Source of the DNA: Isurus oxyrinchus
Lineage: Eukaryota
Length of the DNA: 64,000 bases
Assembly (NCBI GenBank): GCA_026770705.1
Contig: JANJGN010000042.1
Location: 3,286,001-3,350,000, forward strand
Direction: 5' to 3'
Positions within the stretch are counted from its first letter, which is position 1. Each line of letters starts with the position of its first letter. The position numbers and the translations under genes are program-made. This document shows, piece after piece, positions 63,236 to 64,000 of this stretch. A model generated the notes under the pieces. That model saw only the letters and a program-made list of their open reading frames with translations. It was not told the origin of the DNA and made no database searches.

Positions 63236-63446
63236 TTTAAATAATTGAAGAAAGAGACCGCAAAAGATAAACTAACAAGAAGTTCAGACCAAAACGTATT
63301 TTTACAACGTATTATGTCCAGCTGGGTTCGAGAGGTGGCCTCGCTCTGTGAATTACTGTAAAATGACTCACTATTGGAAAGCTCCACAGCCTAGCTGTAT
63401 AAAAATGATCCTCAGATAGAAAGCCACGATAGGGCAATTCATAGTT

Positions 63447-63735
63447 TCAGACTATTAGAGATTTTGACGAGCCACAATAATAACTCCCAGCGCCTCTCCT
63501 GGCAGTTGCCTGGGATCTCCGTGGTCGACACGGACCCCCAGAGCTGACAGATGATAAGGTCTCTTCCCGTTAAAGACCCCTTCAAGAATGTAACTCCACT
63601 TTCGTGCTGCACTGTACTGTCAGGATAAATTTCGTGATATTGCAATTAAAACTTTTGTATCAGATGCGAGAAGTGCCAGCAATTATGTCGGCACAAAATA
63701 TAGAGAGGAAAGATTGAAGGAGTTGTCGCCACATT
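63447..63735 (-). pseudogene. Possible highly decayed Ig C1-set constant exon
   Basis: Across frameshifts: NVATTPSIFPLYILC..KVLI/CNITKF/YPD..SGVTFL..ETLSSVS/LGV..CQ. Truncated at its 5' end by CR1. Confidence 0.35.
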
Positions 63736-64000
63736 ACCAGAAGGATATGGAGGCGTTGGAGAGGGTGCAGAGGAGGTTTCCCCGGATGCTGCCTGGTCTG
63801 GAGGTTATTAGCTATGAGGAGAGGTTGGAGAAACTCGGATTGTTCTCACTAGAGCGACTGAGATTGAGGGGCGATTTGATAGAAGTTTACAAAATTATGA
63901 GTGGCATGGACAGAGTAGATAGTCAGAAGCTTTTTCCCAGGGTGGAAGAGTCAGTTACTAGGGGACATAGATTGAAGGTGAGAGGAGAAAACTATCAAGG
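63736..64000 (+). mobile_element. CR1 3' fragment running off the window
   Basis: KDMEALERVQRRFPRMLPGLEVISYEERLEKLGLFSLE. Confidence 0.9.

Overview
This is repeat-rich vertebrate DNA. The repeat families, GPR139-like receptors and germline-joined Ig gene point to a cartilaginous fish (shark-like); that assignment is an inference. I see no clearly intact protein-coding gene. Main content: (1) antigen-receptor relics, namely a TCR alpha/delta-type V pseudogene with a 23-spacer RSS, split by a Penelope insertion and missed by the ORF track (8578-9489), a complete L-VJ-C Ig light-chain-type cluster with a germline-joined but out-of-frame VJ exon, octamer/TATA promoter and NF-kB-like intronic sites (40233-44913), and probably a very decayed C1 exon (63447-63735); (2) many Penelope-like retroelements (RT + GIY-YIG) whose 3' ends carry minimal hammerhead-ribozyme folds, mostly with a non-canonical core (CUGUCGA), including tiny TSD-flanked and palindromic ORF-less derivatives; (3) the 3' half of an endogenous retrovirus (integrase, gamma-type env, PPT, TGTTG..CAACA LTR); (4) two GPR139-like GPCR pseudogenes, a 9-finger C2H2 zinc-finger pseudogene, many CR1 fragments, MITE-like hairpins, a possible Harbinger relic, two degenerate 37-39 bp minisatellite arrays and microsatellites. 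All calls were made by eye without database searches, and most repeat boundaries are approximate.
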